Part shown: one piece after another, positions 1-9,602 of the stretch | Numbering within the stretch: the stretch's first letter is position 1 | How the letters are laid out: each line of letters starts with the position of its first letter | Source of the DNA: an uncultured Candidatus Binatia bacterium | GTDB taxonomy: Bacteria > Desulfobacterota > Binatia > UBA9968 > JAJDTQ01 | Direction of reading: 5' to 3' | Assembly (NCBI GenBank): GCA_965213675.1 | Contig: OZ243916.1 | Coordinates: forward strand, 3,264,001-3,328,000 | DNA: 64,000 bases | Translations under genes and position numbers: made by a program | Notes under the pieces: generated by a model | The model's database searches: none | Told to the model about the DNA's origin: nothing | The model's input: only the letters and a program-made list of their open reading frames with translations

Positions 1-1
1 A

Positions 2-931
2 TCCCATCCGCCCTGGCTCGTGGATCTGTGGCGGGAGCGGTTCGGCGGGGCGGAGAGCCGGCGCCTCATGGAGGCCGACAACGAGGATGCGCCGCTGGTG
101 CTGCGCGCCAACCGGCTGCGGACCACCCGCGACGAACTGCTGGGACGCCTGCGTTCCCACGGCGTGGAGGCATGGGGCGGGGCGTGGTCGCCGCTGGCGG
201 TGCGGTTGCGCGGGGCGTCCTCGCCGGCGCGTCTGGCCGAGTTCCGCGACGGATTGTGCCACGTGCAGGGCGAGGCGTCCCAGATGATCGGCCTCCTGGT
301 GGAACCGCTGCCGGGCATGCGCGTGCTCGACGCCTGCGCGGCCCCCGGCGGAAAGACCACCCATCTGGCCGAGCTGATGGAGGATCGCGGGGAAGTGGTG
401 GCGTGTGACGTTTCCGAGCGCGGCTTGGAGAAGCTCACGGACAATGCCCGGCGTCTGGGGCTCCATTGCATACGCGTCCGGGTCTGTGACGCGGTCCATG
501 GTCTGCCGGGGGAACCCGGGTCCTTTGATCGCGTGCTGGTGGACGCGCCGTGTTCCGGCCTGGGCACCCTGCGCGCGCACCCGGAAATCCGCTGGCGTCG
601 CGAGCCACGGGATCTCCGGCGGCTCGCCGTGTTGCAGGCACAAATCCTGGCGCAGGCGGCCACGCGAACGGCGCCCGGCGGCCTCCTGGTGTATGCCACC
701 TGCACGCTGTCCCGGTCCGAGAACGAGCAAGTGGTGGAGGATTTCCTGGAACGCCACGGGGAGTTCGCCGTGGAGGACGCCGCCGGGCGCCTGCCTGCCG
801 CGGCCCGATCCATGGCCGCGGAGTCCTGTTTCCTTGCGCTGCCCCACCGGCACGACACGGAGGGATTCTTTGCCGCGCGCCTGCGCCGCCTGGCTTCCCC
901 ACGGAAGGCGGGCCGGAACGGCGGCGCGTGA
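2..931 (+). CDS. rsmB: 16S rRNA m5C967 methyltransferase RsmB/Sun (5'-truncated by window)
   Basis: Motifs VLDACAAPGGKT, DRVLVDAPCSGLG and YATCT; the frame is open from the window start (SHPPWLV). Confidence 0.92.
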   Translation, partial: SHPPWLVDLWRERFGGAESRRLMEADNEDAPLVLRANRLRTTRDELLGRLRSHGVEAWGGAWSPLAVRLRGASSPARLAEFRDGLCHVQGEASQMIGLLVEPLPGMRVLDACAAPGGKTTHLAELMEDRGEVVACDVSERGLEKLTDNARRLGLHCIRVRVCDAVHGLPGEPGSFDRVLVDAPCSGLGTLRAHPEIRWRREPRDLRRLAVLQAQILAQAATRTAPGGLLVYATCTLSRSENEQVVEDFLERHGEFAVEDAAGRLPAAARSMAAESCFLALPHRHDTEGFFAARLRRLASPRKAGRNGGA

Positions 932-1024
932 TCGCGCCGGCCCGCGCGTTGGCAGGGCCGTTTCGTTTACCTGCGGGAACCCATGTGTTAGATTTCCTGA
1001 ACCACCAAGCATGGGACCGAGTGT

Positions 1025-1101
1025 CGGGGCGTGGCTCAGCCTGGTAGAGCGCACGGTTCGGGTCCGTGAAGTCGCTGGTTCAAATCCAGTCGCCCCGACC
1101 A
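1025..1101 (+). tRNA. tRNA-Pro(CGG)
   Basis: Cloverleaf CGGGGCG...CGCCCCG-A-CCA, anticodon loop TT-CGG-GT, GTTCAAATC T-loop. Confidence 0.95.
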
Positions 1102-1144
1102 TTCCTTCCATCCGGTGGTTCCATCTCTCCGCCGCTTGCTTGAC

Positions 1145-1182
1145 AAAAAAAGGCGGGGCTTCCGGTACCAGAAGCCCCGCCT
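1145..1182 (-). terminator. Intrinsic terminator between tRNA-Pro and the convergent binding-protein gene
   Basis: AGGCGGGGCTTC-N8-GAAGCCCCGCCT stem with an A-run on the left (U-tract on the minus strand). Confidence 0.75.
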
Positions 1183-1225
1183 GACTCAGGGCCGGCTTGG
1201 ATGCCGGCCGCAATCTCCACGAAGT

Positions 1226-2218
1226 CTACATGCCGGCCTTGACCTTGCCCGCTACGTCGGCGGACACCCACTTCGTCCAAACGTCTTCGTAGTTCTTCAG
1301 GAAGTGCTCCGCGGTCTCTTTCGCGTCGGCCTTGTTGTCGGCCTTCCACGCCAGCACCCTGTTCACCACGCTGTTGGGCCAGGACACGCTGGACACGAAC
1401 TTGAACGCCTCGGGCTCCCTCTCCGCGAAGCCGCCCACCACGTAGGTCAACACGTCGGACTTCGGGTACATGTTGGGCTTCGGGTCGGCGCAGTCCTTGT
1501 CGGTAATGCACGCGTAGGTCTTGGGATCGTGCTTCATGCCGCCGAGCTTCACCATCGGGTACTTGCCGAGGACCGAGGTCGGCGCCCAGTAGTAGGTGAA
1601 GATGGGTTCCTTGCGCTCATACGCCTTGGCGATGGCCGCGGCCAGACCCGCCCCGGACCCCGGATCGAACAGCGTGAAGTTGGCCTTGTCGAGCCCGTAG
1701 GCCTTGAACAGATTGGCGTTGATGATCTGGCAGGCCCAGCCCGCGGGACAGCCGTAGAAGCGGCCCTTGCCGGGATCTTCCTTGTCCTGGAACAGATCCG
1801 GGCGCTTCATGACCGCTTGCAGCGTGTTGAGTTCCGGATGTTCCTTCACGACGTAATCCGGCACCCACCAGCCTTCCTCGCCGCCGTCGCTCAGGATCTC
1901 GCCGGCCTTCTTCAACCGCCCTTCCTTGGTCGCTTTTGCCACCACATCGCGCACCGAGTTGATCCAGATCTCGGGCGCGACATCCGGCTCGCCCTTCTCC
2001 GTCATGGAGGTGACGGTGGGCACGGTGTCGCCGGGTATCAACTCCGCCTCGCAGCCGTATCCCTTGCTGAGGATCATGGCCTCCACCTGTGCCGCCACCG
2101 CGGCCGAATCCCAGTTCATCTCCGAGATACTGACCTTGCCGCACTTCGCCTGAACCGAGGCGGCCAGGGCAAGCACCAGGAACGCGCCCGCCAGCACACC
2201 GACCATTCGCATTCTCAT
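1226..2218 (-). CDS. Glycine betaine/proline-type ABC transporter substrate-binding protein (orphan)
   Basis: Signal peptide; MNWDSA, PDVAPEIW, EEGWWVP, GCPAGWAC and YYWAPT motifs of the OpuAC/ProX family. Confidence 0.85.
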   Translation of the reverse strand: MRMRMVGVLAGAFLVLALAASVQAKCGKVSISEMNWDSAAVAAQVEAMILSKGYGCEAELIPGDTVPTVTSMTEKGEPDVAPEIWINSVRDVVAKATKEGRLKKAGEILSDGGEEGWWVPDYVVKEHPELNTLQAVMKRPDLFQDKEDPGKGRFYGCPAGWACQIINANLFKAYGLDKANFTLFDPGSGAGLAAAIAKAYERKEPIFTYYWAPTSVLGKYPMVKLGGMKHDPKTYACITDKDCADPKPNMYPKSDVLTYVVGGFAEREPEAFKFVSSVSWPNSVVNRVLAWKADNKADAKETAEHFLKNYEDVWTKWVSADVAGKVKAGM

Positions 2219-2532
2219 GTCGTGTCTCCTTTGTCTCCGTCCACGCGCCCCCGCCCGGCCTGTGCGTGCCAGCCCAGGAGGCGACCCATGAACCAGTTCT
2301 TGTTTTGTCCGCGCCTTGGGGCGGCGGGACCCATGCCCTGCCGCACGCAACCCTCGCCAGGCCCCGGGCCGGGACCTCCGGGCGCCGACGGCCTCAATGG
2401 GTTCCTGTCGGCTCCGGGAAGTATCCCGCAAGTGGGGGTGGGTCGCAACCCCGGCGGAACATGCTTCCGTCCGCTCAGTGCGAGGATGCAGCGGACACGC
2501 CGGAACTCATTCGAACCTCGGATTTTTTGTCC

Positions 2533-3804
2533 TCACACGTCCTCCAACGCTGGCACACGGTCGCCGTATTCCTGGACGATGGAAGTGATCAAGCGCTCGT
2601 AGGCGGAGATGCCTCTCTCCGCTGCGAACCCGGCCACGCCTTGGCGCAGCGTTTCCCGGGGCGCCGGCCGGTCGAGGGCGGAAATCATGGCGTCCGCCAA
2701 CCGTGCAGGGTCTCCAACGGGCACGAGCGGCCCGAGCCGGCCGCCCTGAAGCACTTCCGCAGGACCTGCGGGACAGTCGGTGCTGACGCAAGGACAGCCG
2801 CACGCGAGCGCCTGAACCAGAACGCCGGGCAGACCCTCGTATCGGGAGGACAATACAAAAAGGGCGGCGCGCGACATGAATGCGAACGGATTCTCCGCCC
2901 AACCCGGCAAGGATACCCGCGCTGTCACGCCAAGACGCGCGACCAGCCGTTCGAGCGAAGGGCGCCTTCCGCCTTCCCCGAGGATGATGAGGCGGCACGG
3001 CCGCGTTTCGGCGACCCGCGCGAAGGCTTTGACCAGGGTGGAGTGGTCCTTCTGAGCCGAAAGCCTGCCGGCTGAAAGGATGACCGGCGCCCCGCCGTCA
3101 TCCATCCACGGGTGGTTCGCCGGCTGGGCCATCTGAATGGCGAGGGCTGGCGTGACCACCGGGTTGTGTATGACGGAGATCCTCGTGGCGGGAACGTCCG
3201 CCTGTTCCACGAGGCTGTCGGCCACGCCTTGCGACACGCAGACAAGGTGCGCGGCGCGCGCGAACAGGCGCCGGTAACTGCGTACCTGTCTGCGGCGACG
3301 GGCCTGGAGCACGTTGCGCAGGGTGGGAACGATGGGCGGGTGGTTGCCCAATAGCTGCCCGGCGAGGAGCGTGGCGATCTTGGCGCGGGGAAGACTCGGG
3401 ACGATGCAATCGGGTTGTTGACTCCCCAGATAGGCTGCCACAGCCCGCGTTTGCCTCACAAGGCGCGGGTCCGGAAGACAGAGCGGGTCCCAACGGAACG
3501 CGTTCATGACGCTCAGCCAATCCTGCGCCCTTGACGGGACTGAAAGCTGCGTCAGCCTGGCAACGACCTCACTGGCCTGTGCGCTCTTCGTGGTGCGGTC
3601 GTCGGTCGTGCGATCCAGGACGAACAGCCGAGCCTTCCGCGGGACTTCCGCGGGATAGTGGATACGTGCGCCAAAGAGGACGATATCCACCTTGTGGCCT
3701 CGTTCGATCAAGCCGTTGGCAACTGTCAGCAGAGACCGCTCGGCTCCGCCGCCGGCGAGGTTGGGGAGTACGAACGCGATGTGCGCGCTGGTTTCGTGAC
3801 TCAA
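2533..3804 (-). CDS. Glycosyltransferase family 4 (GT-B)
   Basis: N-terminal IAFVLPNLAGGGAER; C-terminal GRLSAQKD and SSRYEGLPGVLVQALACG; TTG start overlaps the upstream TGA (TTGA). Confidence 0.85.
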   Translation of the reverse strand: MSHETSAHIAFVLPNLAGGGAERSLLTVANGLIERGHKVDIVLFGARIHYPAEVPRKARLFVLDRTTDDRTTKSAQASEVVARLTQLSVPSRAQDWLSVMNAFRWDPLCLPDPRLVRQTRAVAAYLGSQQPDCIVPSLPRAKIATLLAGQLLGNHPPIVPTLRNVLQARRRRQVRSYRRLFARAAHLVCVSQGVADSLVEQADVPATRISVIHNPVVTPALAIQMAQPANHPWMDDGGAPVILSAGRLSAQKDHSTLVKAFARVAETRPCRLIILGEGGRRPSLERLVARLGVTARVSLPGWAENPFAFMSRAALFVLSSRYEGLPGVLVQALACGCPCVSTDCPAGPAEVLQGGRLGPLVPVGDPARLADAMISALDRPAPRETLRQGVAGFAAERGISAYERLITSIVQEYGDRVPALEDV

Positions 3805-4715
3805 ACCGAGGCTCCGCACATTCGGGCGAAAGCCCGCTTCGCCCCATGGGTCCATCGCCCGAAGGGGCCTGTCCGTGTCTCCACGACGTCGTGAATCGCA
3901 GGGCGTTTGAATGTGGTGTCGAAGTTCAATAGTTGTCCGAAAGTGTGCTCGGCCGTGGTCTTGCAACAGCCTGCCAAGGGCCAGAAGGTCAGTTCGCCGA
4001 AGATGGGCCGGGCGTTGTGTTCGTAAAGATCAACCCGGACGTAACGGAATGGTTTGCTCAGCGTGCGGGCGATTTCCTTCATCTCCGCCCACTTCGCGGG
4101 CTGAGCTGGAGGTTCAGCCGCGCAGGTGTTTTCGTGGTTGAAGTGAAGTCCCAGCGCGTCGTGGTTTTCGTCGACGTTTGTTTCGCGCGGCTTGCCCGAC
4201 GCACGGTCCACGATAATCTGGACCCAGCGAATCTCTCCGGCACAGCAGTGAAACTTGTAGTCCGTGGCCGCGTCCTGCATCAGCTCTTCGGCGAATACGA
4301 AAGGGGGAATGTGCGCGTAGGCCCATTCGCCCTTGGCCACTCCATAAGTCCGCTTGAGTCGCCGTCGGATCTTTCTCCTGGCATTCCTCGCAGAAGCTTC
4401 GTCCCTGACGAAATACACGCTCCCGCTGTCGTGGTTCGTCTTCAGCACGTACCGTTCGGGCAGCGCATCGAAGGCGATCTGGTCGACGCTTCGGGCCGTT
4501 TGGTAGACTTCGAGGAGGCAGTCCGCGCCAACCCTTTCCGCCACGTATTCGCGAACCCGCAGTTTGTCGCAGCAAATGATGTGTTCCGGCATCTGGTCGT
4601 AGATCTTCAACCAGTTGACCTTGTCGTTGTAGCTCGTCGGGTGCGCCAGATCCGGCAGGGTTCCCAATCGGCGAAGGCAATGTTCGTTGACGACGTCAAG
4701 CAAGCGCTTCTGCAT
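3801..4715 (-). CDS. TupA-like ATP-grasp protein (surface polymer amide ligase)
   Basis: PTSYNDKVNWLK, DKLRVREYV, YVLKTNHDSG, DYKFHC, YVRVDLY and FGELTFWP motifs. Confidence 0.85.
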   Translation of the reverse strand: MQKRLLDVVNEHCLRRLGTLPDLAHPTSYNDKVNWLKIYDQMPEHIICCDKLRVREYVAERVGADCLLEVYQTARSVDQIAFDALPERYVLKTNHDSGSVYFVRDEASARNARRKIRRRLKRTYGVAKGEWAYAHIPPFVFAEELMQDAATDYKFHCCAGEIRWVQIIVDRASGKPRETNVDENHDALGLHFNHENTCAAEPPAQPAKWAEMKEIARTLSKPFRYVRVDLYEHNARPIFGELTFWPLAGCCKTTAEHTFGQLLNFDTTFKRPAIHDVVETRTGPFGRWTHGAKRAFARMCGASV

Positions 4716-4745
4716 GGTGAAGTTCAGAGTTCACCCGGTCGTCCA

Positions 4746-4858
4746 TCACAACAGCTTGCGAAACTCGCCGACATTCAAGCCGGCGTCGCGCGCGATGCCG
4801 CCCATGGTGAAGGCGTGGACCGGATTATGCTCGGGATCGTGAGGATGCGTACTCCATC
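4746..4858 (-). pseudogene. HicA-like toxin C-terminal remnant, frameshifted
   Basis: Minus strand reads DGVRILTIP, then after a 1-nt shift HNPVHAFTMGGIARDAGLNVGEFRKLL-stop. Confidence 0.7.
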
Positions 4859-4928
4859 TTCTCGACGGGGCACTCTCCCCGGCCTTTCCGCGGTCTGGCC
4901 CGGCTGGCGGACGTTGAAGTCCACCGCC

Positions 4929-5882
4929 TCAAACCCGCAACCCGCACCCCTCGAACGCCTCCCGCGTCCGTTCCTTCTCCGCTGCGGTCAGCGGGAGAAA
5001 CGGTGGGCGCACCGTGCCGCCGACCTGGCCCAGGAGTTCCTGCCAGTACTTCTGGTGGGCGTGGGGCTTGCCGCCGGGGCGGCTGGACGCCAGAGCCTGG
5101 CGCACGGGGTCGAGGCTGTCGCGGACCTGGCGGGCTTTCTCGGGCTGGCCGTCGAAGGCGAGCTGGGTGTAGTCGTGCATGCGCCGGTCGTTTGTGGTCT
5201 GGAGCAGATAGGGGGGCGAGGAGCAGAGGTAGAGCTGCCAGCCCAGTTCCACGATGTTGTCGAGCCATTCCTCCTCGGAGGCGGTGCTGACGATGAGGCG
5301 GTCCCCGGCCAGCCGGGTGAGGTCAGCGTACATGGGCCGGGGCACCGAGTACTTGATGGCGACGATGTTGGGCAGCTCCGCCACGCGTTCGCACAGTTCC
5401 GGGCTCATCAGATAGCCGGAGTCCGGGTGGCTCCACATGGCGATACCGATGTCCACGCGGTCGCACACCGCCTTGTAGTAGTGGTACACGGCGTCATCCC
5501 GGTCGGTGACGAAGTGCAGCACGGGCGCGTGTACCACGATGTAGTCGGCGCCCACCGCCTCGGCGTGCCGCGCCAGTTCCACCACGGTGTCGAAGTTCTG
5601 GTCCGAGCACGACATGATGGTGCCGGCCTTGCCCGCGGTCTCCTCCACGGCGACCTCGAAGTTGCGCTTGCGCTCTTCCAGCGACATGGTGAAGAACTCT
5701 CCCTGCTTGCCCGCGATGAAGAGCCCCTGAATCGCCAGATCGTCCACCCAGTGCCGGATGTTGTGTCGCAACCCCTCCTCGTCGAACGAAAAGTCCTCCC
5801 GGAACGGGTTCATGGCCGCGGCCCAAACGCCCTTCATGTTGGCGCGGGCGTAGTCCTTGGCGTCGTGCTTCGAGTATTTCAT
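4929..5882 (-). CDS. DapA/DHDPS-like class I aldolase family protein
   Basis: TIM-barrel pattern: GKQGEFFTMSLEERK, AEAVGAD and Schiff-base lysine in NIVAIKYS. Confidence 0.85.
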   Translation of the reverse strand: MKYSKHDAKDYARANMKGVWAAAMNPFREDFSFDEEGLRHNIRHWVDDLAIQGLFIAGKQGEFFTMSLEERKRNFEVAVEETAGKAGTIMSCSDQNFDTVVELARHAEAVGADYIVVHAPVLHFVTDRDDAVYHYYKAVCDRVDIGIAMWSHPDSGYLMSPELCERVAELPNIVAIKYSVPRPMYADLTRLAGDRLIVSTASEEEWLDNIVELGWQLYLCSSPPYLLQTTNDRRMHDYTQLAFDGQPEKARQVRDSLDPVRQALASSRPGGKPHAHQKYWQELLGQVGGTVRPPFLPLTAAEKERTREAFEGCGLRV

Positions 5883-6058
5883 GGCGTTACCCTTGCGCCG
5901 GCGGTACGGCGCCGCTGCCTGTGAGAATGTATGCATGAATTCAATGAGTCGCGTAGCTGAATTGGATGCCGAATTCAATCCCGCGCCTGCGAGGAGGGGT
6001 TCCGGACACGCCTGCAAAATATTTGCTATGCGAGCACTTTTCGGCTATTTTTGCTGGC

Positions 6059-7207
6059 ATGATGTACAGTAGGATCGCGCGGGCGCCAGCGCGCAGCTTC
6101 TTCCTCTTCGGTGTGCGGGGCGTCGGCAAGAGCTCATGGGCGCGTGCGACCCTGCCCGACGCATTGCGTCTCGACCTGCTGGATGAAGCGCTGTTTCACG
6201 ATTTGCTGGCCGACCCGTCGCTGTTCCGGCAACTGGTGTCCGCCGTCGCACCGGGCGATTGGGTCGTCATTGATGAGGTGCAGCGCATTCCCCCGCTGTT
6301 GAACGAGGTGCACCGCCTGATCGAAGAACGTGGCCTGCGCTTCGCTCTGCTCGGTTCCAGTGCGCGGAAGCTCAAAACCGCGGGTACGAACCTGCTGGCC
6401 GGACGGGCCATCCGCAAGGCGATGTACCCGCTGGTCCCGCTGGAACTTGGCGCGGATTTCAACCTTGAGGACGTACTGACGTACGGCAGCATCCCGCTGG
6501 TGTGGACCGCGAAAGGGCGTCGCGGTGTGCTGGAGAGTTATACGCAACTCTACCTCCGGGAGGAGATCCGGGCGGAGGCCGTCGTGCGCAACCTGTCCGG
6601 TTTCGTCCGCTTCCTGCCCATCGCCGCGTTGCTTCACGGACAAGTCCTGAACGTGGCGGGCATCGCCCGGGACGCCGGCGTGGCGCGCCCCACCGTTTCC
6701 GGCTATCTGGATGTTCTCGAAGACACGCTGCTCACTTGGCGCCTGCCGGCATTCGAAGCGAAGCTGCGGGTCCGCGAGCGGCGGCGGCCCAAGCTCTATT
6801 GGGTGGACCCGGGCCTTGTACGCGCGATCAAGCGCCAGTTCGGTCCTGTGTCCGCGGAGGAACGCGGTGCGCTTTTCGAGGGCTGGATCCTGGGCCTCTT
6901 GCGCGCCCACGCGGAGGAACAACCACTATTCGACACCCTCCACTACTGGGCTCCGGCGGAATCCAGCACCGAAGTCGACTTTCTGCTCCACCGGGATGCC
7001 GAATGCCTCGCCATCGAGACCAAGGCGGCCAAGCGGTACCATACCGCCCTGCTCAAGGGCTTGCGCGCCATCGCCGGTCTGCCGAACCTGGCCAGGCGTA
7101 TTCTCGTTCACGATGGGGCACGCGCCTTCCGCACGGAAGACGGCATCGACGTGTGGCCGGTGAAACGGTTTCTCGAAGCGTTGCGAACGGACGGGCTCTG
7201 GCCGTGA
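6059..7207 (+). CDS. AAA+ ATPase with C-terminal DUF4143-type domain
   Basis: Walker A GVRGVGKS, Walker B VVIDEVQ, LGSSA, PKLYWVDPG and EVDFLL...IETK. Confidence 0.85.
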   Translation: MMYSRIARAPARSFFLFGVRGVGKSSWARATLPDALRLDLLDEALFHDLLADPSLFRQLVSAVAPGDWVVIDEVQRIPPLLNEVHRLIEERGLRFALLGSSARKLKTAGTNLLAGRAIRKAMYPLVPLELGADFNLEDVLTYGSIPLVWTAKGRRGVLESYTQLYLREEIRAEAVVRNLSGFVRFLPIAALLHGQVLNVAGIARDAGVARPTVSGYLDVLEDTLLTWRLPAFEAKLRVRERRRPKLYWVDPGLVRAIKRQFGPVSAEERGALFEGWILGLLRAHAEEQPLFDTLHYWAPAESSTEVDFLLHRDAECLAIETKAAKRYHTALLKGLRAIAGLPNLARRILVHDGARAFRTEDGIDVWPVKRFLEALRTDGLWP

Positions 7208-7264
7208 AGTCGGGCCGGTGGTCCGCCGGGGCGTTGAAGGTCCTCAATCCAACCGGAAACCCCG

Positions 7265-7735
7265 TCACTTGCCGGCAAGCAGCTTGGGCCAGTTGACGTC
7301 GCCCTTGGCGATGTTGCCTGGGACGTCGTTGGACCATTGGTCCCGGACTCCCAGGTTGAAATTGAGGTAGAGCGCGCCGTCCACAATGCTCCACGCATCG
7401 GGGTCGATGGATGCCGTGTATCCTCGGCTTACCGCCCACGCACAATACCCGCCGTACCTGGGCGCATACTTCTCCGGATCGGCCTCGAACAGCGCCTTGT
7501 TCCCGGCGCTGGCGAAGGACCACGTCGCTCCCTTCCATTCGACCCGATGGGCGCGCTTGCCCGCCACGGGCTTGCCCTCGGTGTGATAGGCCACGGGGTC
7601 GTATCCGCGGATGGCGCCCCCGAGATAGGTCGAGAACACCGGGTCGAGGGCCAGCGCCGTGCCCGCCGGCGCAAGCAGGGCCATGACGAACAGCGCGGTG
7701 AGAACCGCCCGCCGGATTCGCCTTGCGCGATTCAT
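7265..7735 (-). CDS. YHS-domain secreted protein
   Basis: Signal peptide; AIRGYDPVAY, PEKYAPRYGGYCAW and IVDGALYLN. Confidence 0.85.
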   Translation of the reverse strand: MNRARRIRRAVLTALFVMALLAPAGTALALDPVFSTYLGGAIRGYDPVAYHTEGKPVAGKRAHRVEWKGATWSFASAGNKALFEADPEKYAPRYGGYCAWAVSRGYTASIDPDAWSIVDGALYLNFNLGVRDQWSNDVPGNIAKGDVNWPKLLAGK

Positions 7736-8007
7736 GAGTACCTCCTGTCGATGGAAAGGTGAGAAACCAGTGCCACTGCACTGACAGCCACGATAATAGC
7801 CACATTTCAGCCGATTCCCGGCGTGTTTGCAATACGCCAAACCCGGCGCCTCGCCGCCACAACCGGGTTCAGTCCGGAACAGAGTGGGGTGACACATCCG
7901 AAACCCGCGCAGCGCACGCCTGCACACCGCCGTACTGCCGCGCCGTTCCCCCGCCCTTCCCCCGCACCCTGGTATCCACCCCCTCCATCGCGGTACCATC
8001 ATTTCCC

Positions 8008-9330
8008 ATGTCCAGCCGCCGCACCATCCTCGCCTGGTGCCTGTACGACTTCGCCAACTCCGCGTTCGCCACGCTGGTGGTGACGTTCGTCTATGCCGCG
8101 TTCTTCACCAAGGTCATCGCCCCCGACGAGGTGACGGGCACATGGCTGTGGTCCCGGAGCGTCAGCATCACCGCCTTCACCGTGGCCTTGTTGTCCCCGT
8201 TTCTGGGTGCACTTGCCGACCGGGCCGGCTACCGCAAACGCTTTCTCGGGTTCTTCACGCTGGTGGCGGTCCTCGGCTCGGTCCTCCTCTACACGGCCAC
8301 GCCCGGCGAGGTGGTCAAGGCGCTGTTCTGGTTCACGGTGGCCAACATCGCCTTCGAGATGGGCGGCGTCTTCTACAACGCCTTCCTGCCGGACATCGCC
8401 CCGCCGGAACGCATCGGACGCGTGTCGGGTTACGGCTGGGCGTTGGGATACGCCGGCGGACTGAGTGCTCTGGGGTTGGCGTTGGTGGGTCTGGTGGATG
8501 CCGAGATCCCCTGGTTCGGTTTCTCCAAGGAAGGCTACCAGCACATCCGCGCCACCAATCTGCTGGTGGCCGGGTGGTTCGCCGTGTTCAGCCTGCCGCT
8601 TTTCCTGTGGGTGGGTGAGGGGGCGGCCCGCCCCGGCGCCAAGGGTGAGCTCGTGGCGGGCTCCGTACGCCAACTGATCCGCACCCTCCGCGAAATCCGT
8701 CGCTACCCGGACATTTTCCGCCTGCTTCTCGCCCGCCTGTTCTATGCGGACGGCCTCAACACGATTTTCGCCTTCGGCGGCATCTACGCGGCGGGGGTCT
8801 TCGGCTTCACGTTCGAGGAACTCCTGATCTTCGGCCTGGTGCTCAACGTCGCCGCGGGCGCGGGCGCCTTCGGCCTCGGGTTCGTGGACGATTGGCTGGG
8901 AGGCAAGCGCACCATCCAGATCAGCCTGCTGGGTTTTATCACGGCCGCCACAACCGCCCTCCTTACCGGCCAGCGGGCATTGTTCTGGGCCGCGGGCCTG
9001 CTCATCGGCCTTTGCGCCGGCCCCAACCAGGCGGCCAGCCGCTCGCTCATGGGCCGCTTCGTGCCCGCGGACAAGAAGAACGAGTTCTACGGGCTCTTCG
9101 CCTTCTCGGGCAAGGCCACCGCCTTCCTCGGGCCGTTCCTGCTGGGAGAGTTGACACGCCTCTTCGGCTCCCAGCGCGCCGGCATGGCTGCGGTGCTGGT
9201 CTTCTTCGTCGTCGGCCTCGTACTGATCCAGCGGGTGGACGAAGAGCGCGGGAGGCGGGCTCCCGGACAAGCGCCGGTAAATGAAGGGGAGTCCGGCCAC
9301 CCCATCGCTCACGATGCAAACGAAGGATGA
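8008..9330 (+). CDS. MFS transporter (UMF1/Atg22-like)
   Basis: WCLYDFANSAF start, about 12 hydrophobic segments, YNAFLPDI and SRSLMGRF. Confidence 0.85.
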   Translation: MSSRRTILAWCLYDFANSAFATLVVTFVYAAFFTKVIAPDEVTGTWLWSRSVSITAFTVALLSPFLGALADRAGYRKRFLGFFTLVAVLGSVLLYTATPGEVVKALFWFTVANIAFEMGGVFYNAFLPDIAPPERIGRVSGYGWALGYAGGLSALGLALVGLVDAEIPWFGFSKEGYQHIRATNLLVAGWFAVFSLPLFLWVGEGAARPGAKGELVAGSVRQLIRTLREIRRYPDIFRLLLARLFYADGLNTIFAFGGIYAAGVFGFTFEELLIFGLVLNVAAGAGAFGLGFVDDWLGGKRTIQISLLGFITAATTALLTGQRALFWAAGLLIGLCAGPNQAASRSLMGRFVPADKKNEFYGLFAFSGKATAFLGPFLLGELTRLFGSQRAGMAAVLVFFVVGLVLIQRVDEERGRRAPGQAPVNEGESGHPIAHDANEG

Positions 9331-9387
9331 TCCGGGTTTGCGTGGCTGATCGGCAAAGCGAGAAGGTTGTGAAAGACAGGCTCCTGC

Positions 9388-9510
9388 TGTCGTGTCCTGT
9401 AAATTGCTGCGACAAGTTGCGCAGGAATTTTTGTTGCCGGCAAGGTGCGATGACGAGCCGTGGCGGTTACCACGCGAGGAGGAGCCACGCAGCCGGCGGC
9501 GAAAAAGACC
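9388..9510 (+). mobile_element. Family-1 hairpin MITE-like element, truncated (right arm missing)
   Basis: TGTCGTGTCCTGTAAATT left end and core GATGACGA...GAGGAGGA match the copies at 15146, 22573 and 44595. Confidence 0.75.
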
Positions 9511-9602
9511 TTCACCCGGTCATCGGGTCGGGTCTTACGCAACTCGGATACGACGTTGGTGTCGAGCAGCCATGCCTCTTGGTTCCAGTTCTTCGCCGTC
9601 AC
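9511..9602 (-). pseudogene. VapC/PIN toxin N-terminal remnant
   Basis: WLLDTNVVSELRKTRPDDRV, then runs into the repeat element; the GTG start overlaps the upstream TGA. Confidence 0.7.

Noticed and set aside
7265-7735. YHS protein as a possible selenoprotein
   Set aside because: It has Cys (GGYCAW) and no in-frame TGA.
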